Positions 38,855-51,992 are shown, counted from the stretch's first letter. The stretch: DNA of 64,000 nt from an uncultured delta proteobacterium (GCA_963778115.1 CAVZSV010000005.1:96001-160000), one strand, 5' to 3'. Numbers and translations: made by a program. Notes: generated by a model from the letters alone, not told the origin.

Positions 38855-40636
38855 TTGATGCGTCTTCGACACTCCCTTGTCATTCAGGCCATGCTGGCTT
38901 TGACGCTCTTCTGCGCCAGGGGCTTAAGCTCCACTCAAAAAAACGAGGGTGGTAATGGCGAATGGATCTTCAAGTTGCAACGCGAAGCGTCCCATTCGTT
39001 GTTCCAGAGTCACCTCGGTCGATTAAAACTTGTGAAATTTTTTGGACCTGACCAAGCCTTTGCGCTGATAAAGGGGAGGGCCGATCTTATCCCTCTGCCC
39101 GAAATGGTTCTCTACCGTCAGCCGAACTATCGCTATACGTCGTTGGATCAAAACCCCACGGATCCTGATCTAGCCAAGTGTTGGGCGTTGGACAACGAAG
39201 CTCAAACCACCCCGACGGGTGAAGTGGGCCTTACCGGAAAAGACATCAGTGCTGTGGCCGCATGGAATCTACAAAGCGACTCTCCCACAGTTACCGTGGC
39301 ATTAGTCGATAGCGGGATCATGACGACTCACGAGGATCTCGCAGGTAACTTGTGGACCAATCCCAAAGAGATTCCCAATAACAATATCGATGATGATGCC
39401 AACGGATTCATTGATGACGTTCACGGCTGGAACTTTGTGGACGGCAATAACGTGGTTGAGGACGATCACGATCATGGAACGATGTGCGCTGGAATCATTG
39501 GAGCTGTTGCTAATAACGGCAAAGGCTCGCGCGGAGTTACGGGCAAAGTGAAACTCATGGCCGTTAAATCTTTAGATGAGAACGGAATGGGAACGACCGC
39601 AAACGCCGTTTCTGCGATTCAATACGCGGTCAACAACGGGGCCCAGATCATCAATGCCAGTTGGGGAGGTACCACTTACAATCAAGCCCTCTCGGACTCC
39701 ATCCAATGGGCCGCGGGGAAAAATGTTTTGTTTATAGCGGCTGCTGGAAACGACGGCGTAAATAATGACGCCGGAAGTTCCGTTGCTACTTATCCTGCAA
39801 CCTATGCCTTGCCCAATGTCATCTCAGTATCGGCCTACGACAATCGCGACCAATTGGCGTCATGGTCCAATTATGGCAAGACGACAGTGAGCCTCGGTGC
39901 TCCCGGGGTTCAGATCTATTCGACCAGTACCACGGGATACCGGTACGGCGATGGGACCTCCTTTTCCGCTCCTTACGTCTCCGGAGCTGCGGCGTTGCTC
40001 CTTGCCTATGCGCCTTCGCTTTCGGCGATTCAGATTAAAGAGAGACTCTTGATGACTTCGGATGTGATCGATTACTACCAAAAAGAGAAATCGGTAACGG
40101 CAGGAAGACTAAACGCTTTGCACGCACTAGAAAATTTTCGTCCCGAAAGGCCCCAAGCTCCTACTTCCTGGGCCCAACAAGCTGACGCTCAGTCAACCGC
40201 ACATCCCTATGCGAACAATACTAATGAGTCGTACACGTTTACTTCACCGGGCGCGACCCATATACGGGTTCATTTTACGAAATTCGAGACCGAAGCGTGC
40301 TGCGACATTGTCGTCGCAAAAGATAATTTGGGAAGAGTGGTAGATACCTATTCCGGAGAATTAGGAGATTTTACAAGTGCTGATGCGCTTGGGGATACGA
40401 TAATTTTGCAGTTTACCAGCGATGCAACAACAACCCAGTATGGATTTGATATCGATTACTATGAAGTCAGTCAGATGCGGGATCTGTGGTGGGACGCTCG
40501 ACGAAATCTCTTAAATCCTTGGACTACTCTTCTGGGCCTCGGGGTGCTCCTCCCGGAGCCGGCCCTTGCGAGACGTCCCCAGGAAGTGCGATCCTTGCGA
40601 TCACCCTTTCAAAGATTAGCACCAAACTTAAATTGA
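38855..40636 (+). CDS. Secreted S8 (subtilisin-like) peptidase with C-terminal CUB-like domain
   Basis: VALVDSG, HGTMCAG, AAGND, GTSFSAP triad motifs; HPYANN...FETEACCD CUB-like. Confidence 0.92.
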   Translation: MMRLRHSLVIQAMLALTLFCARGLSSTQKNEGGNGEWIFKLQREASHSLFQSHLGRLKLVKFFGPDQAFALIKGRADLIPLPEMVLYRQPNYRYTSLDQNPTDPDLAKCWALDNEAQTTPTGEVGLTGKDISAVAAWNLQSDSPTVTVALVDSGIMTTHEDLAGNLWTNPKEIPNNNIDDDANGFIDDVHGWNFVDGNNVVEDDHDHGTMCAGIIGAVANNGKGSRGVTGKVKLMAVKSLDENGMGTTANAVSAIQYAVNNGAQIINASWGGTTYNQALSDSIQWAAGKNVLFIAAAGNDGVNNDAGSSVATYPATYALPNVISVSAYDNRDQLASWSNYGKTTVSLGAPGVQIYSTSTTGYRYGDGTSFSAPYVSGAAALLLAYAPSLSAIQIKERLLMTSDVIDYYQKEKSVTAGRLNALHALENFRPERPQAPTSWAQQADAQSTAHPYANNTNESYTFTSPGATHIRVHFTKFETEACCDIVVAKDNLGRVVDTYSGELGDFTSADALGDTIILQFTSDATTTQYGFDIDYYEVSQMRDLWWDARRNLLNPWTTLLGLGVLLPEPALARRPQEVRSLRSPFQRLAPNLN

Positions 40637-41355
40637 TCCTGCGTGTGTTCGTTGCTCGAGGAACGTTTGGCTAACGAGTGCATCTGATTCTGTAAGGCTA
40701 CCGTGATGGCGCGATTGGAAAGTTGCCAGGTCGAAGTGACTAGCAAGGCGGCAAACGCCAGAATAACGCTGGTCTGCAAATGGTTGAGACTAAACTGTTC
40801 GCGAATTGCGATGTAGCCCAAGAAAAGTCCCCAAGCATATAGTGCAAGACTAACGAAGGCGAGATTGGGTTTGGTATCTCCAAAGTGTTGAGCGATAAAA
40901 CCGGCCAGAAAGACCGTAAAGACCACCGCTAATCGGCGAAACAGGACACGACGGCTGTTAGACTGCCCGATCAAGCTTCCCACCAAGTAAATGATGGAAC
41001 TAATCGCCATGGCTCCGACGAGCATGAAAGAAAGTCTGGCTGCCATTACCACCCAAACTGCTACGGCCGAACTGACTCCCCATTGATACTGTAAGAAGCT
41101 AGCGAAGGCCGAGTACAATTGATGCTGGCGTCCCACCTGAGTTTCCACGAGAGCCAAACCTAAAAAAGAAAGCATAATCATCCAGTGATTCCTTGACCAC
41201 TGAAGTTGATTGAAAAAAGTTTGTGGCTTAACGATGAATCGAATTCCCTGTTTCAATGCAATACCCTCCGCTTTACCAGCTCCAACATCTCCAAAGTGGG
41301 TACTATGCAACGTCATGCCAACGTTACGTTCTGAAATTTCGTGCGCGGGGTGCAT
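40609..41355 (-). CDS. Multi-pass membrane protein, Yip1-like
   Basis: About 5 TM segments after IVKPQTFF; alternative start at 41316. Confidence 0.7.
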   Translation of the reverse strand: MHPAHEISERNVGMTLHSTHFGDVGAGKAEGIALKQGIRFIVKPQTFFNQLQWSRNHWMIMLSFLGLALVETQVGRQHQLYSAFASFLQYQWGVSSAVAVWVVMAARLSFMLVGAMAISSIIYLVGSLIGQSNSRRVLFRRLAVVFTVFLAGFIAQHFGDTKPNLAFVSLALYAWGLFLGYIAIREQFSLNHLQTSVILAFAALLVTSTWQLSNRAITVALQNQMHSLAKRSSSNEHTQDQFKFGANL

Positions 41356-41519
41356 TCTGAAGGGGAACGGCCCCTGTCTAAAGGTTAGACAGTATGCCGT
41401 GAATGGGTTGGGAACGCCTCTGTATACTGACTGATCACGTACGGCTAAAGATTTGCAGTATTCTCAAAGTGCTCACAAATATAATAAAATAATATCATAT
41501 ACTTATTACCAATGAGTTT

Positions 41520-41535
41520 TGGTCCGGCGCTTGCA
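41520..41535 (+). promoter_or_regulatory. sigma54 -24/-12 promoter
   Basis: TGGTCCGGCGCTTGCA, preceded by an AT-rich tract at 41475-41510. Confidence 0.6.
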
Positions 41536-41561
41536 TTCTTAATTAAAGCAGGAACGCAACG

Positions 41562-42614
41562 ATGATGGCCGCTATGACAAAACTTCACAGAATAGCTCTT
41601 TTAGCACTCGCTTTACTCGTGAGCGCTTGCACGGAACCGCTGGGGTCGCAGGGACTGACCCAGTCGGGGGCTTCCAATCTTCCCGCTGGTCCGCTCATTC
41701 AAGTATCTGCGGTTCAGTTTGGTGGTCAAAACACCGCGGCCCAGCAGATGCAAGTCTCCAATGGAACGCTTTATCTGACCGGAACGCCTTTCATGTTTGC
41801 CGAGTGGAACATCAGCACGGATCCTGAAAATCCTATCGAAACCTTTGCCGCAACCAATAACGTCTTAGCGTTTTCTCCCGATCCTCCCTTTGGAGGCTGG
41901 GTAGTTACTGAATTCGGCGCCGGAGCTCTTTCGATCTTTGGAAATTTTGCCCTGACCAGCGGAAGTTATGGATCTAGTGTAATTGAGATAGGACCTTCAG
42001 CGCAGCAAGCCCAAGAGATCGCGCGCTATCCGATGCTTGACGCTAATGGCGATCAACCGGCCGACGTTTCCTTTGCTTTTACGGCGGCAGTGGGAATTCC
42101 GGGTAGTAATGCGATGTTTGGCTTTACCCAACAAGATGGAGCTTATCTCATTAACGTTTCGAACCCGACGGGGTTAAACCAGGCGCGAGTCTCTTTGACT
42201 CCCTATTCGGGCTCCGGACCCACCTGTTGTGCGGTGGGAGCTACTTTTTTCAATAGCATGATTTACTTAGCGATGCGCAGCGGGGTTTGGCCTCTTACGG
42301 TAAGTACTTCAGGAGTATTGTCTCGCACTACCGTTCCGGGACTCATCAGTACTCTGCAACCAGTCAATATTTTTGCGACGAGCCGATATATTTATGTCCA
42401 CCATGAGCCGACTTCCAACGGGAACACGTCTTCTCCTGCTGGAATTTATGTGTTTGACGCTTATGGGAACACAGTGAGTTATTTTCCCATTCAGCCGCTC
42501 GCTTTTGCGGTCTCTCCTGATGACAGCCATATTTACTCGAACGAAGACGATGTTTCGGTTAAAATCTACCGATGGACAAACTCCTCCTTGCCCGTCACTG
42601 GATACCCTCATTAA
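41562..42614 (+). CDS. Lipoprotein, probable beta-propeller
   Basis: Lipobox VSAC; repeated beta-strand units. Confidence 0.75.
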   Translation: MMAAMTKLHRIALLALALLVSACTEPLGSQGLTQSGASNLPAGPLIQVSAVQFGGQNTAAQQMQVSNGTLYLTGTPFMFAEWNISTDPENPIETFAATNNVLAFSPDPPFGGWVVTEFGAGALSIFGNFALTSGSYGSSVIEIGPSAQQAQEIARYPMLDANGDQPADVSFAFTAAVGIPGSNAMFGFTQQDGAYLINVSNPTGLNQARVSLTPYSGSGPTCCAVGATFFNSMIYLAMRSGVWPLTVSTSGVLSRTTVPGLISTLQPVNIFATSRYIYVHHEPTSNGNTSSPAGIYVFDAYGNTVSYFPIQPLAFAVSPDDSHIYSNEDDVSVKIYRWTNSSLPVTGYPH

Positions 42615-43279
42615 TTCTGCTGATTTCTGGAATAGCAACAGCCAAAGCCATTCATTTTGACGTGAGGGATGCTGCTCAACGCGATTCTATTCAGCTCTCT
42701 TCGGATGCGATTTTAGAAAAGATTGTAGGAGTCAATTCGGCGATCGTGGGTTGGATTGAGATCGATCCCAACCAGCCCCGCCAGGGCATAAAGGGCGAAT
42801 TTGAAGTCGACTTGAGATCTTTTGTGACGGGAAATCCTTCTCGAGACGCTTTTTTGAGAGAGAAGCTTTTAGCCACCCCTGAATTTCCCTTTGCGAAATT
42901 TACGATCAATAAGGCCCTTAGTTTTGGCGCAACCCGAATGAATGACCAGCAGCCCTTGGTGGTTAGAATCGAGGGGACATTTACGATTCGGGGCCAGAAT
43001 AAAGTACAACCGATTCTTGTGAAACTGACCTACTACAAACAGAATGACAAAACAGCACAACGGTTACCGGGAAATTTAGTTCGCATTACGTCGAGCTTTG
43101 ATTTAGATCTTTCCGCCTTTGGAATCACGATTCCCGACGGACTGAAATACCGTGTCGCCAAAGTAGTCCAAACCAACGTGGATCTCGTCGGTAATGATGG
43201 TCCTGTTCCGACTTTGTCTCCTGTGATTAGTGGAGCACCCGGGGCTGCTGCTGCCGCGGATGGACCGAAGACGAAGTAG
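42572..43279 (+). CDS. YceI-family protein
   Basis: Signal peptide, SFVTGNPSRD, FPFAKF, GTFTIRG, FGI. Confidence 0.85.
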   Translation: MDKLLLARHWIPSLILLISGIATAKAIHFDVRDAAQRDSIQLSSDAILEKIVGVNSAIVGWIEIDPNQPRQGIKGEFEVDLRSFVTGNPSRDAFLREKLLATPEFPFAKFTINKALSFGATRMNDQQPLVVRIEGTFTIRGQNKVQPILVKLTYYKQNDKTAQRLPGNLVRITSSFDLDLSAFGITIPDGLKYRVAKVVQTNVDLVGNDGPVPTLSPVISGAPGAAAAADGPKTK

Positions 43280-43397
43280 GGAAAGAGCCCTTCCCAAAGG
43301 GTGATATCCTGTGGAACTAGTGTCAAACTTTGCCCCAATCTCCCCGCTAAACGCCCCTTTCCGTCACCATCCCCCGCACGCCCAGCCTTAAACCTCA

Positions 43398-43413
43398 TGG
43401 CGTAGCGCTTGCA
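43398..43413 (+). promoter_or_regulatory. sigma54 -24/-12 promoter
   Basis: TGGCGTAGCGCTTGCA, 32 bp upstream of ATG 43445. Confidence 0.68.
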
Positions 43414-43444
43414 CAAGTCTCGTTCCCGGAGGGACGAGGAGTCT

Positions 43445-43993
43445 ATGAAAGAAACATTGATGATGGTGGCTATCCTGGCGGTGATTGCCTGGAGTGTCGC
43501 TGAATTCAGAAAGTACGAACTTCATCCTTCCATGCCGTCTTCGATGGCTCAGGCCAAGCGAAATGGCGAAAGATTATCAAACCACAATCCAGGAGCCAAT
43601 GATGAAAGAACAAGTCATCAGCACGATCTCGAAACTGAGAGTGCTAGATCGGATGAAGGGGCTGCAAGCGACGCTACAGAAGCTCAAAAGCTCGATTCAA
43701 TCTATTCGGGAAAAGAACCACATTCCCAAAGCTCAGTAGTAGCAAATTCCGAGGCACGCCAGGTGCCCGAGAAGGTGATTCACGGCGTTCCCATCAATAG
43801 TTATCTTCAGAATCACAAAAATATGCTCGGGTATCCGGCGGTGTCCGAGGACACTTCCGCCGCGATGAAAGTCTATCTGCAGTGTATGGAAGTGAAGAAA
43901 AAAGGGCTTCACTATACCGGCGAAAAAGAGTGCGAAAGACTTGAGGGACCCAAAGAAGACAATATCATGCAGAAAAGTTTCGCTAGGCACTAG
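43445..43993 (+). CDS. Hypothetical membrane-anchored or secreted protein
   Basis: GAGGAG RBS, N-terminal hydrophobic segment, C-terminal Cys pair. Confidence 0.72.
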   Translation: MKETLMMVAILAVIAWSVAEFRKYELHPSMPSSMAQAKRNGERLSNHNPGANDERTSHQHDLETESARSDEGAASDATEAQKLDSIYSGKEPHSQSSVVANSEARQVPEKVIHGVPINSYLQNHKNMLGYPAVSEDTSAAMKVYLQCMEVKKKGLHYTGEKECERLEGPKEDNIMQKSFARH

Positions 43994-43994
43994 C

Positions 43995-44996
43995 CTATCG
44001 GAATAGATGAATGGGGAAACTGTCTGCTAATACGGAATCCGAGTAGGTGAGAGAAAAAATTCCACGTAACTGCTCTCCCTGAGGATGGGTGAATCCAATC
44101 ATGCTGGCGCCTGCGACTAGCGGAAACCTTCTAAAAGGCGCTACCGAAACTCCCGTCGCCAGATCCCAACCGGTCCAGTTAACAATGAAAGAAACCGGTG
44201 CCACGATACGAAGCCCCACACTTCCAAAGGGATTGATAGCGTTCTTGCCTTCGACGATATCGGTCAAGGTGCGGTACGCACCATCGCCGACACCAAGGTG
44301 AAAGGTGATAAGACTAAAAGGCTTCTCGTCATCCTCTTTGAGTACAATGAACTTGGACGCCACTAAATAGAAACTAACTCCTTGATCGGGGTTCCCCCAG
44401 TAAATGGCGTCATCCCAACCAAAAGCGATAGCGGTGCCATCAGAAAATAGATGGTGCATTTTTAGGTTGATGCCTCCCGGAGTAAAAGGGGGCCACAATC
44501 CATCGCTTTCGATATCGAATTCGAGCCCTACATATTTTTGAGCATTTCCGATGCCAAAACCAAAAGCCGCCGTTCCATTCGGCTTAGAAGTAAAGGCATT
44601 GGGGGCCTGAACGCCGCAGGTGACAAAGACGTCGGTCCACTGAGCTCCGTACGCCACGGGAGTCATGATACTGGAACCAGGGGTCACCCACGGAAGGCGG
44701 ATCTCTTTTTTGTTATTCAGCTCTTTTTCTAGTTCATCCAATTGTTTTTTTTGTTCGGCGGTGAGCGTGACCTCTTTGATAAGCAGCTGATTGCGCAACG
44801 TCTCGAGTTCCTGCTTACGCTTTTCCTCTTGGCTGAAGACCGCAGTTTCCGTCTTTGGGGGTTGCGAATCACGAGTCACGTCAGCGTCATCATCATCGGG
44901 AGATCTGTTTTTATTAGATTTGGCGTGAAGTGTTGTAGACGATAGCGTTAAGCTAATAAGGAGTATTACCCCCAATCCCGATTTTCTAACTCCCAT
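43995..44996 (-). CDS. Secreted protein, coiled-coil then probable outer-membrane beta-barrel
   Basis: Signal peptide; TPVAYGAQW...GFGIGN...VGLE and amphipathic strands. Confidence 0.72.
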   Translation of the reverse strand: MGVRKSGLGVILLISLTLSSTTLHAKSNKNRSPDDDDADVTRDSQPPKTETAVFSQEEKRKQELETLRNQLLIKEVTLTAEQKKQLDELEKELNNKKEIRLPWVTPGSSIMTPVAYGAQWTDVFVTCGVQAPNAFTSKPNGTAAFGFGIGNAQKYVGLEFDIESDGLWPPFTPGGINLKMHHLFSDGTAIAFGWDDAIYWGNPDQGVSFYLVASKFIVLKEDDEKPFSLITFHLGVGDGAYRTLTDIVEGKNAINPFGSVGLRIVAPVSFIVNWTGWDLATGVSVAPFRRFPLVAGASMIGFTHPQGEQLRGIFSLTYSDSVLADSFPIHLFR

Positions 44997-45051
44997 CCCT
45001 AGCCCCCGACACGCTAAAGGACGAGCCCCCTAAACTAGCTTGACTCGACTC

Positions 45052-45987
45052 CTATTTCGATTGCGTCTCTTGATCTTCTTCCAGTAAGCCGTCGCGAAGC
45101 ATCGCCAGCCACCCGTTTATTTTATGCAGATTCGCGTTTTTCACATAGGCCAATAAAGAATGTATTTTATCATCCCTTACTTTGCTTTTGGGATAAGTTG
45201 ATAAAATCTCTAATTCATCAATGACCTTGTTATTTAGTATGTTTGAGATATGGACAGCATGCGCGATGGCCCAAGTCACAAACACCGGTCCGTCATTGTG
45301 CAAGATTCCATAGCCCACAAACTGCAGGGAATACGTATATTCCAAAGCTCTTTTATCGAGTTCCTTCCAAGCCGCTTGGCGATCGGTAGAAATTAGCTCA
45401 CTGTTATTGGCCGCCATAAGGGAATCGGGGGAGCCAACTTCCGCCGTGGCCGCATACTGATAATCCAGGTCACCTGAATCAAAAAAGGAGCCTTGAGGCC
45501 ATGCTCCGACAGGAAGACGAAGGCTGTAAAGAGAATGATTCGCTTCGTTCTCAGAGAGCCCTTTATTTTTGGATTGAGCCAAAAGGGCAGTGGCCGTACC
45601 CAACGCCAATTTTGCTCCTTCCATGGCAGTTTGCAGGGCGTGCACACTGGGCATGGTCAATCCTCCCAACCCTCCAATTTTTGAGCTAAGGCTGTGAACT
45701 TCAGGGGCATCGGCACCGGTCGCATGAGTCGAGGCTAAGTCGGCGAAAGGCACGTTGCCATCCAGTTCGCCGCCATGAATCACCGTGGCTAGGATGGGAG
45801 CCCAGATGGGGCCCGCGGGGATGGTAACGGGAATCGCCGCAGATACCGGCCGCATTTCTGAAGGCGGTTCAGCCGATTCTGTCGTCCGCACGGAAAAGAA
45901 GGTAATCGCGTCGGCGTCAGCAGAGACGAGCAGCAGCAAAATAACTAATAGACTCCAAGGCGTGATTTTGCGGGCAACGTTCCTCAT
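45052..45987 (-). CDS. Secreted hypothetical protein
   Basis: Signal peptide ending ADA; 311 aa. Confidence 0.7.
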   Translation of the reverse strand: MRNVARKITPWSLLVILLLLVSADADAITFFSVRTTESAEPPSEMRPVSAAIPVTIPAGPIWAPILATVIHGGELDGNVPFADLASTHATGADAPEVHSLSSKIGGLGGLTMPSVHALQTAMEGAKLALGTATALLAQSKNKGLSENEANHSLYSLRLPVGAWPQGSFFDSGDLDYQYAATAEVGSPDSLMAANNSELISTDRQAAWKELDKRALEYTYSLQFVGYGILHNDGPVFVTWAIAHAVHISNILNNKVIDELEILSTYPKSKVRDDKIHSLLAYVKNANLHKINGWLAMLRDGLLEEDQETQSK

Positions 45988-46166
45988 CGTAACACCTTTC
46001 TATCAATCGGATGTCGGGGTACCCCTCTATTTTACCTGATATTTCGCGATAAGGGAGATGGTTCGGGGAAACTTCCCGAATGCTTTGGGCTTTTTATCTT
46101 TTCCTTCACGTTTGGTGTCTAAACTCATGACATCACTCGTCTGCTTTTGCTACACTGCGACTAGTC

Positions 46167-47162
46167 ATGCTGAGCCATTTTTTATTGCGTTGCCTTCATC
46201 GTTTTGGTCCGGAACGGGCCCATTCTGTCGTCGTTTTTTTACTGAAAATCTATCAAACGGTTTTGCGCTGGATTCCGGGGAAATGGTACGTGAAGTCATT
46301 CCCTATCCCCCATATCCAAATAGCAAGGCTAACGCCGCTGCTATTTTCTAATCGTCTAGGGCTTGCCGCGGGTTTTGACAAAAATGCCGAAGTCTTCCCG
46401 GCTCTCTCTCGGATGGGATTTGGCTTTATTGAAGTTGGAACGGTAACCCCGCTTCCGCAACCCGGTAATCCTCAGCCCAGAATTTGGAGAGCTTCCGATC
46501 GGCAGCTCGTGAATAGCTTGGGGTTTAACAATGTTGGTCTCGCCCACTTTGCAAAGCATATAAGACGGCTTCGAAAGTTCTCACAATGCCCCGTTCTAGC
46601 CAATATCGGCAAAGGACGGGATACCGCGCTCCAGAGTGCTCTTCAGGATTATCAAAGCGGATTTAGCGCTCTTGAAAACTTGGTGGATGGATTTGTCGTT
46701 AACGTAAGCTCTCCCAACACTCCTCAACTTTTTAAATTGCAGACCTCGGAATTTGTCCAAGGGCTTACGCGAATCGCTCCGCAGGGGATTCCCGTATTTA
46801 TTAAGCTCTCTCCTGACTTGAGTAATGCAGACCTTACGGAACTTTGCCGAATGATTGCTGGTGAAGCACGATTGTCAGGGATTGTCCTTACCAATACGTC
46901 TAGGAGTTTGGCGGAGAAGGCGGGTTATGAACGAGGCGGACTATCGGGACCAGGCCTTTTTCCCCGATCCTTGGAGTGTGTCGGGCTCGCCAAGGAGATC
47001 GTAAAAGACACTAAGACCATTATCGGTGTGGGGGGAGTATCCAATCGCCTGGACTACCAAAGGATGCGGGCCGCGGGTGCGGATCTGGTTGAAGTTTACA
47101 CTGGATTTATTTATCAGGGGCCTGGGTGGATAAAAGAGATGGCTAAGGAAGCGAACCCCTAA
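46167..47162 (+). CDS. pyrD: Quinone-dependent dihydroorotate dehydrogenase
   Basis: GLAAGFDKN, GTVTP, NVSSPNT, KLSPD, GGLSG. Confidence 0.96.
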   Translation: MLSHFLLRCLHRFGPERAHSVVVFLLKIYQTVLRWIPGKWYVKSFPIPHIQIARLTPLLFSNRLGLAAGFDKNAEVFPALSRMGFGFIEVGTVTPLPQPGNPQPRIWRASDRQLVNSLGFNNVGLAHFAKHIRRLRKFSQCPVLANIGKGRDTALQSALQDYQSGFSALENLVDGFVVNVSSPNTPQLFKLQTSEFVQGLTRIAPQGIPVFIKLSPDLSNADLTELCRMIAGEARLSGIVLTNTSRSLAEKAGYERGGLSGPGLFPRSLECVGLAKEIVKDTKTIIGVGGVSNRLDYQRMRAAGADLVEVYTGFIYQGPGWIKEMAKEANP

Positions 47163-47166
47163 TCGA

Positions 47167-47700
47167 CTACAGATGCCGTGGCCAGCTATCGCTACCCAGG
47201 AAAGGTTGTTTTCTGTGAAGTATTCGATGATGGAACGCACATAGCATCGTTAAGTTGCTCGGAGGGTGAAGGCCTCCCTGATGGACCTCCTCTTTGTGAT
47301 GCCTCGCTAACCATCTGCGCTCAGGACATCTAGTACCATCCGTATCGACATGGATGCACTGTGAGCCCGTAGCTAGCGTCACTATATGACCTACGGGTCT
47401 TGGTATAGCGGTTCTCTTGCCATCTCTAATTGCCTGTCGCGCGACGGGTACTTTGGTGGTTTTGCGATTAAGCGCTTGTTCGGCTTTCTTTACGGGGTCA
47501 TTCTTTTCTACGAAAGCTTCAAGGAGAGTCTCGATGGCCTCTCCGGGTTTTACGTCTGCTTTCTTTTGCACGAGGCCGTTACCGAGGCGGAGATTTGATT
47601 AGTCTGTTCTGTCGCAGGCAGTTTCGGTTTTTTTCTTCTCTCTTTTCGGATCTCGGATCGTGGTTTACCCGTCGCGCGACGGATAGATGGGGGCCTTGTT
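47167..47700 (-). pseudogene. HNH endonuclease remnant
   Basis: C...RC..RRWL..HH....HQGG...SNLTMLCAFHH in 47167-47571; the upstream frame is broken by stops. Confidence 0.7.
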
Positions 47701-47747
47701 ATTCTGGGTTTGGGGGCTTACGGGCCTTTGGCGTTGGGGTGCGTAGT

Positions 47748-50484
<2,737 letters not shown>

Positions 50485-50499
50485 AAATTCCTTCAGTCT

Positions 50500-51615
50500 C
50501 TATAAATGAAGAGGCGTATAGGGTAGCCCGTGCGCGGTCGCTACCTGTTCGTAGACTAATTTACCCTGGTAGGTGTTAAAGCCAAGTCGAATAGCTTTGC
50601 TCTCGAGGGCTGCTTTTTCCGCACCCCGATCGGCGATCATAAGACCATATTTCAGCGTCACGTTGGTGAGCGAGTAGGTCGAGGTATGGGAAACCGCTCC
50701 GGGCATGTTCGTTACACAGTAGTGAATGACTCCGTCCGTAATAAAGGTCGGCTTTTCGTGCGACGTCGGCCGGCATGTCTCCACACAGCCCCCCTGATCC
50801 ACGGCGATATCGACAACGACCGATCCGGGACTCATCTTGGCGATGGTTTCGCGGGAGACCAGTTTCGGAGCTTTGGCTCCCGTGACTAAGACCGCTCCGA
50901 TAACTAAGTCGGCTTTAATGCAGCTACTTTCGATCGTGTCATGGTTCGACATCAAAGTGACTAAACGGCCCTTAAAAATGTGTTCCAGATACTCCAATCG
51001 GCGAACATCCAAATCCAAAATGGTTACCATGGCTCCCATACCGAGTGCGACGCCGGCGGCGTTGGTTCCTGCGACTCCGCCCCCGATAATAACGACATTT
51101 CCCGGCATGACTCCAGGAGCTCCGCCCAATAGGATCCCTTTTCCCGAAGTGGAAGCATCCCAACTGCTTTGGAGGTAAAACGCGCCCACTTGAACTGCCA
51201 TGCGACCGGCGACTTCACTCATGGGACGTAGTAGGGGAAGCGAATTGTCGGCTTCTTGAATGGTTTCGTAAGCGATGCCGGTGACCTTTTTTTCCAAAAG
51301 GACTTCGGTCAATTTCTTTTCCGCCGCCAAATGCAAATAGGTAAAAAGGACTTGGCCCGGTCTTAGGAATTCGAACTCTTCAGAAAGGGGCTCTTTGACC
51401 TTAATGACCATATCGGCCGCCCAAACGGGGGAGGGGCCTTCGACAATTTCGGCCCCTGCTCGGACGTAGTGGGAATCGGTAATCCCACTGCCAACGCCAG
51501 CGTTTTTCTGAACAAGGACGCGATGGCCGTGATGGGTAAAAGCGCGCACTCCGGCCGGCGTCATCCCCACCCGGTTTTCTCTATTTTTGATCTCTTTTGG
51601 AACTCCGATAATCAC
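50500..51615 (-). CDS. ald: Alanine dehydrogenase
   Basis: IGVPKEIK, KVKEP, FTYLHLA, DIAVDQGG, NMPG. Confidence 0.97.
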   Translation of the reverse strand: MIIGVPKEIKNRENRVGMTPAGVRAFTHHGHRVLVQKNAGVGSGITDSHYVRAGAEIVEGPSPVWAADMVIKVKEPLSEEFEFLRPGQVLFTYLHLAAEKKLTEVLLEKKVTGIAYETIQEADNSLPLLRPMSEVAGRMAVQVGAFYLQSSWDASTSGKGILLGGAPGVMPGNVVIIGGGVAGTNAAGVALGMGAMVTILDLDVRRLEYLEHIFKGRLVTLMSNHDTIESSCIKADLVIGAVLVTGAKAPKLVSRETIAKMSPGSVVVDIAVDQGGCVETCRPTSHEKPTFITDGVIHYCVTNMPGAVSHTSTYSLTNVTLKYGLMIADRGAEKAALESKAIRLGFNTYQGKLVYEQVATAHGLPYTPLHL

Positions 51616-51630
51616 AAATATTCCCCCTAA

Positions 51631-51849
51631 TCACGAAGGCAGAAGGATATCGAGGATGTCATTTCCATCCACTTCGATCTCCCCCTTTTCCTCGGATTCA
51701 ATCTTAATTTTGCCCCTAATTTTCCCGCCCGAAAGGCGGACCCATGAATCGGTGATAACGCCGTGATAGTACTGCCCCATCTTGTGAATGAGGGTACATT
51801 TCACTTTGCTTTCCAAGGCCTTATCAATTTTATCGATGACTTGGAACAT
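51631..51849 (-). CDS. Small hypothetical protein, probable small beta-barrel
   Basis: 72 aa, directly upstream of and co-oriented with ald. Confidence 0.6.
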   Translation of the reverse strand: MFQVIDKIDKALESKVKCTLIHKMGQYYHGVITDSWVRLSGGKIRGKIKIESEEKGEIEVDGNDILDILLPS

Positions 51850-51899
51850 CAGGGTTTGGGTTATAACCCATTTCGAATGGGTTGGAAAGAATGGGGAAG

Positions 51900-51963
51900 G
51901 CGCGGGGCCGGCGTAGCCGCATGGCGATTGTTACGGATTGCTTCGGCCGCGCCTTGCAATGAC
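51900..51963. repeat. Degenerate REP-like palindrome half
   Basis: GGATTGCTTCGGCCGCGCCTTGCAATGAC resembles GTCATTGCGAG...GATTGCTTCG...GCAATGAC elements. Confidence 0.45.
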
Positions 51964-51992
51964 AGTTCGATCCTCGCCCCAAGGGGGACTTT

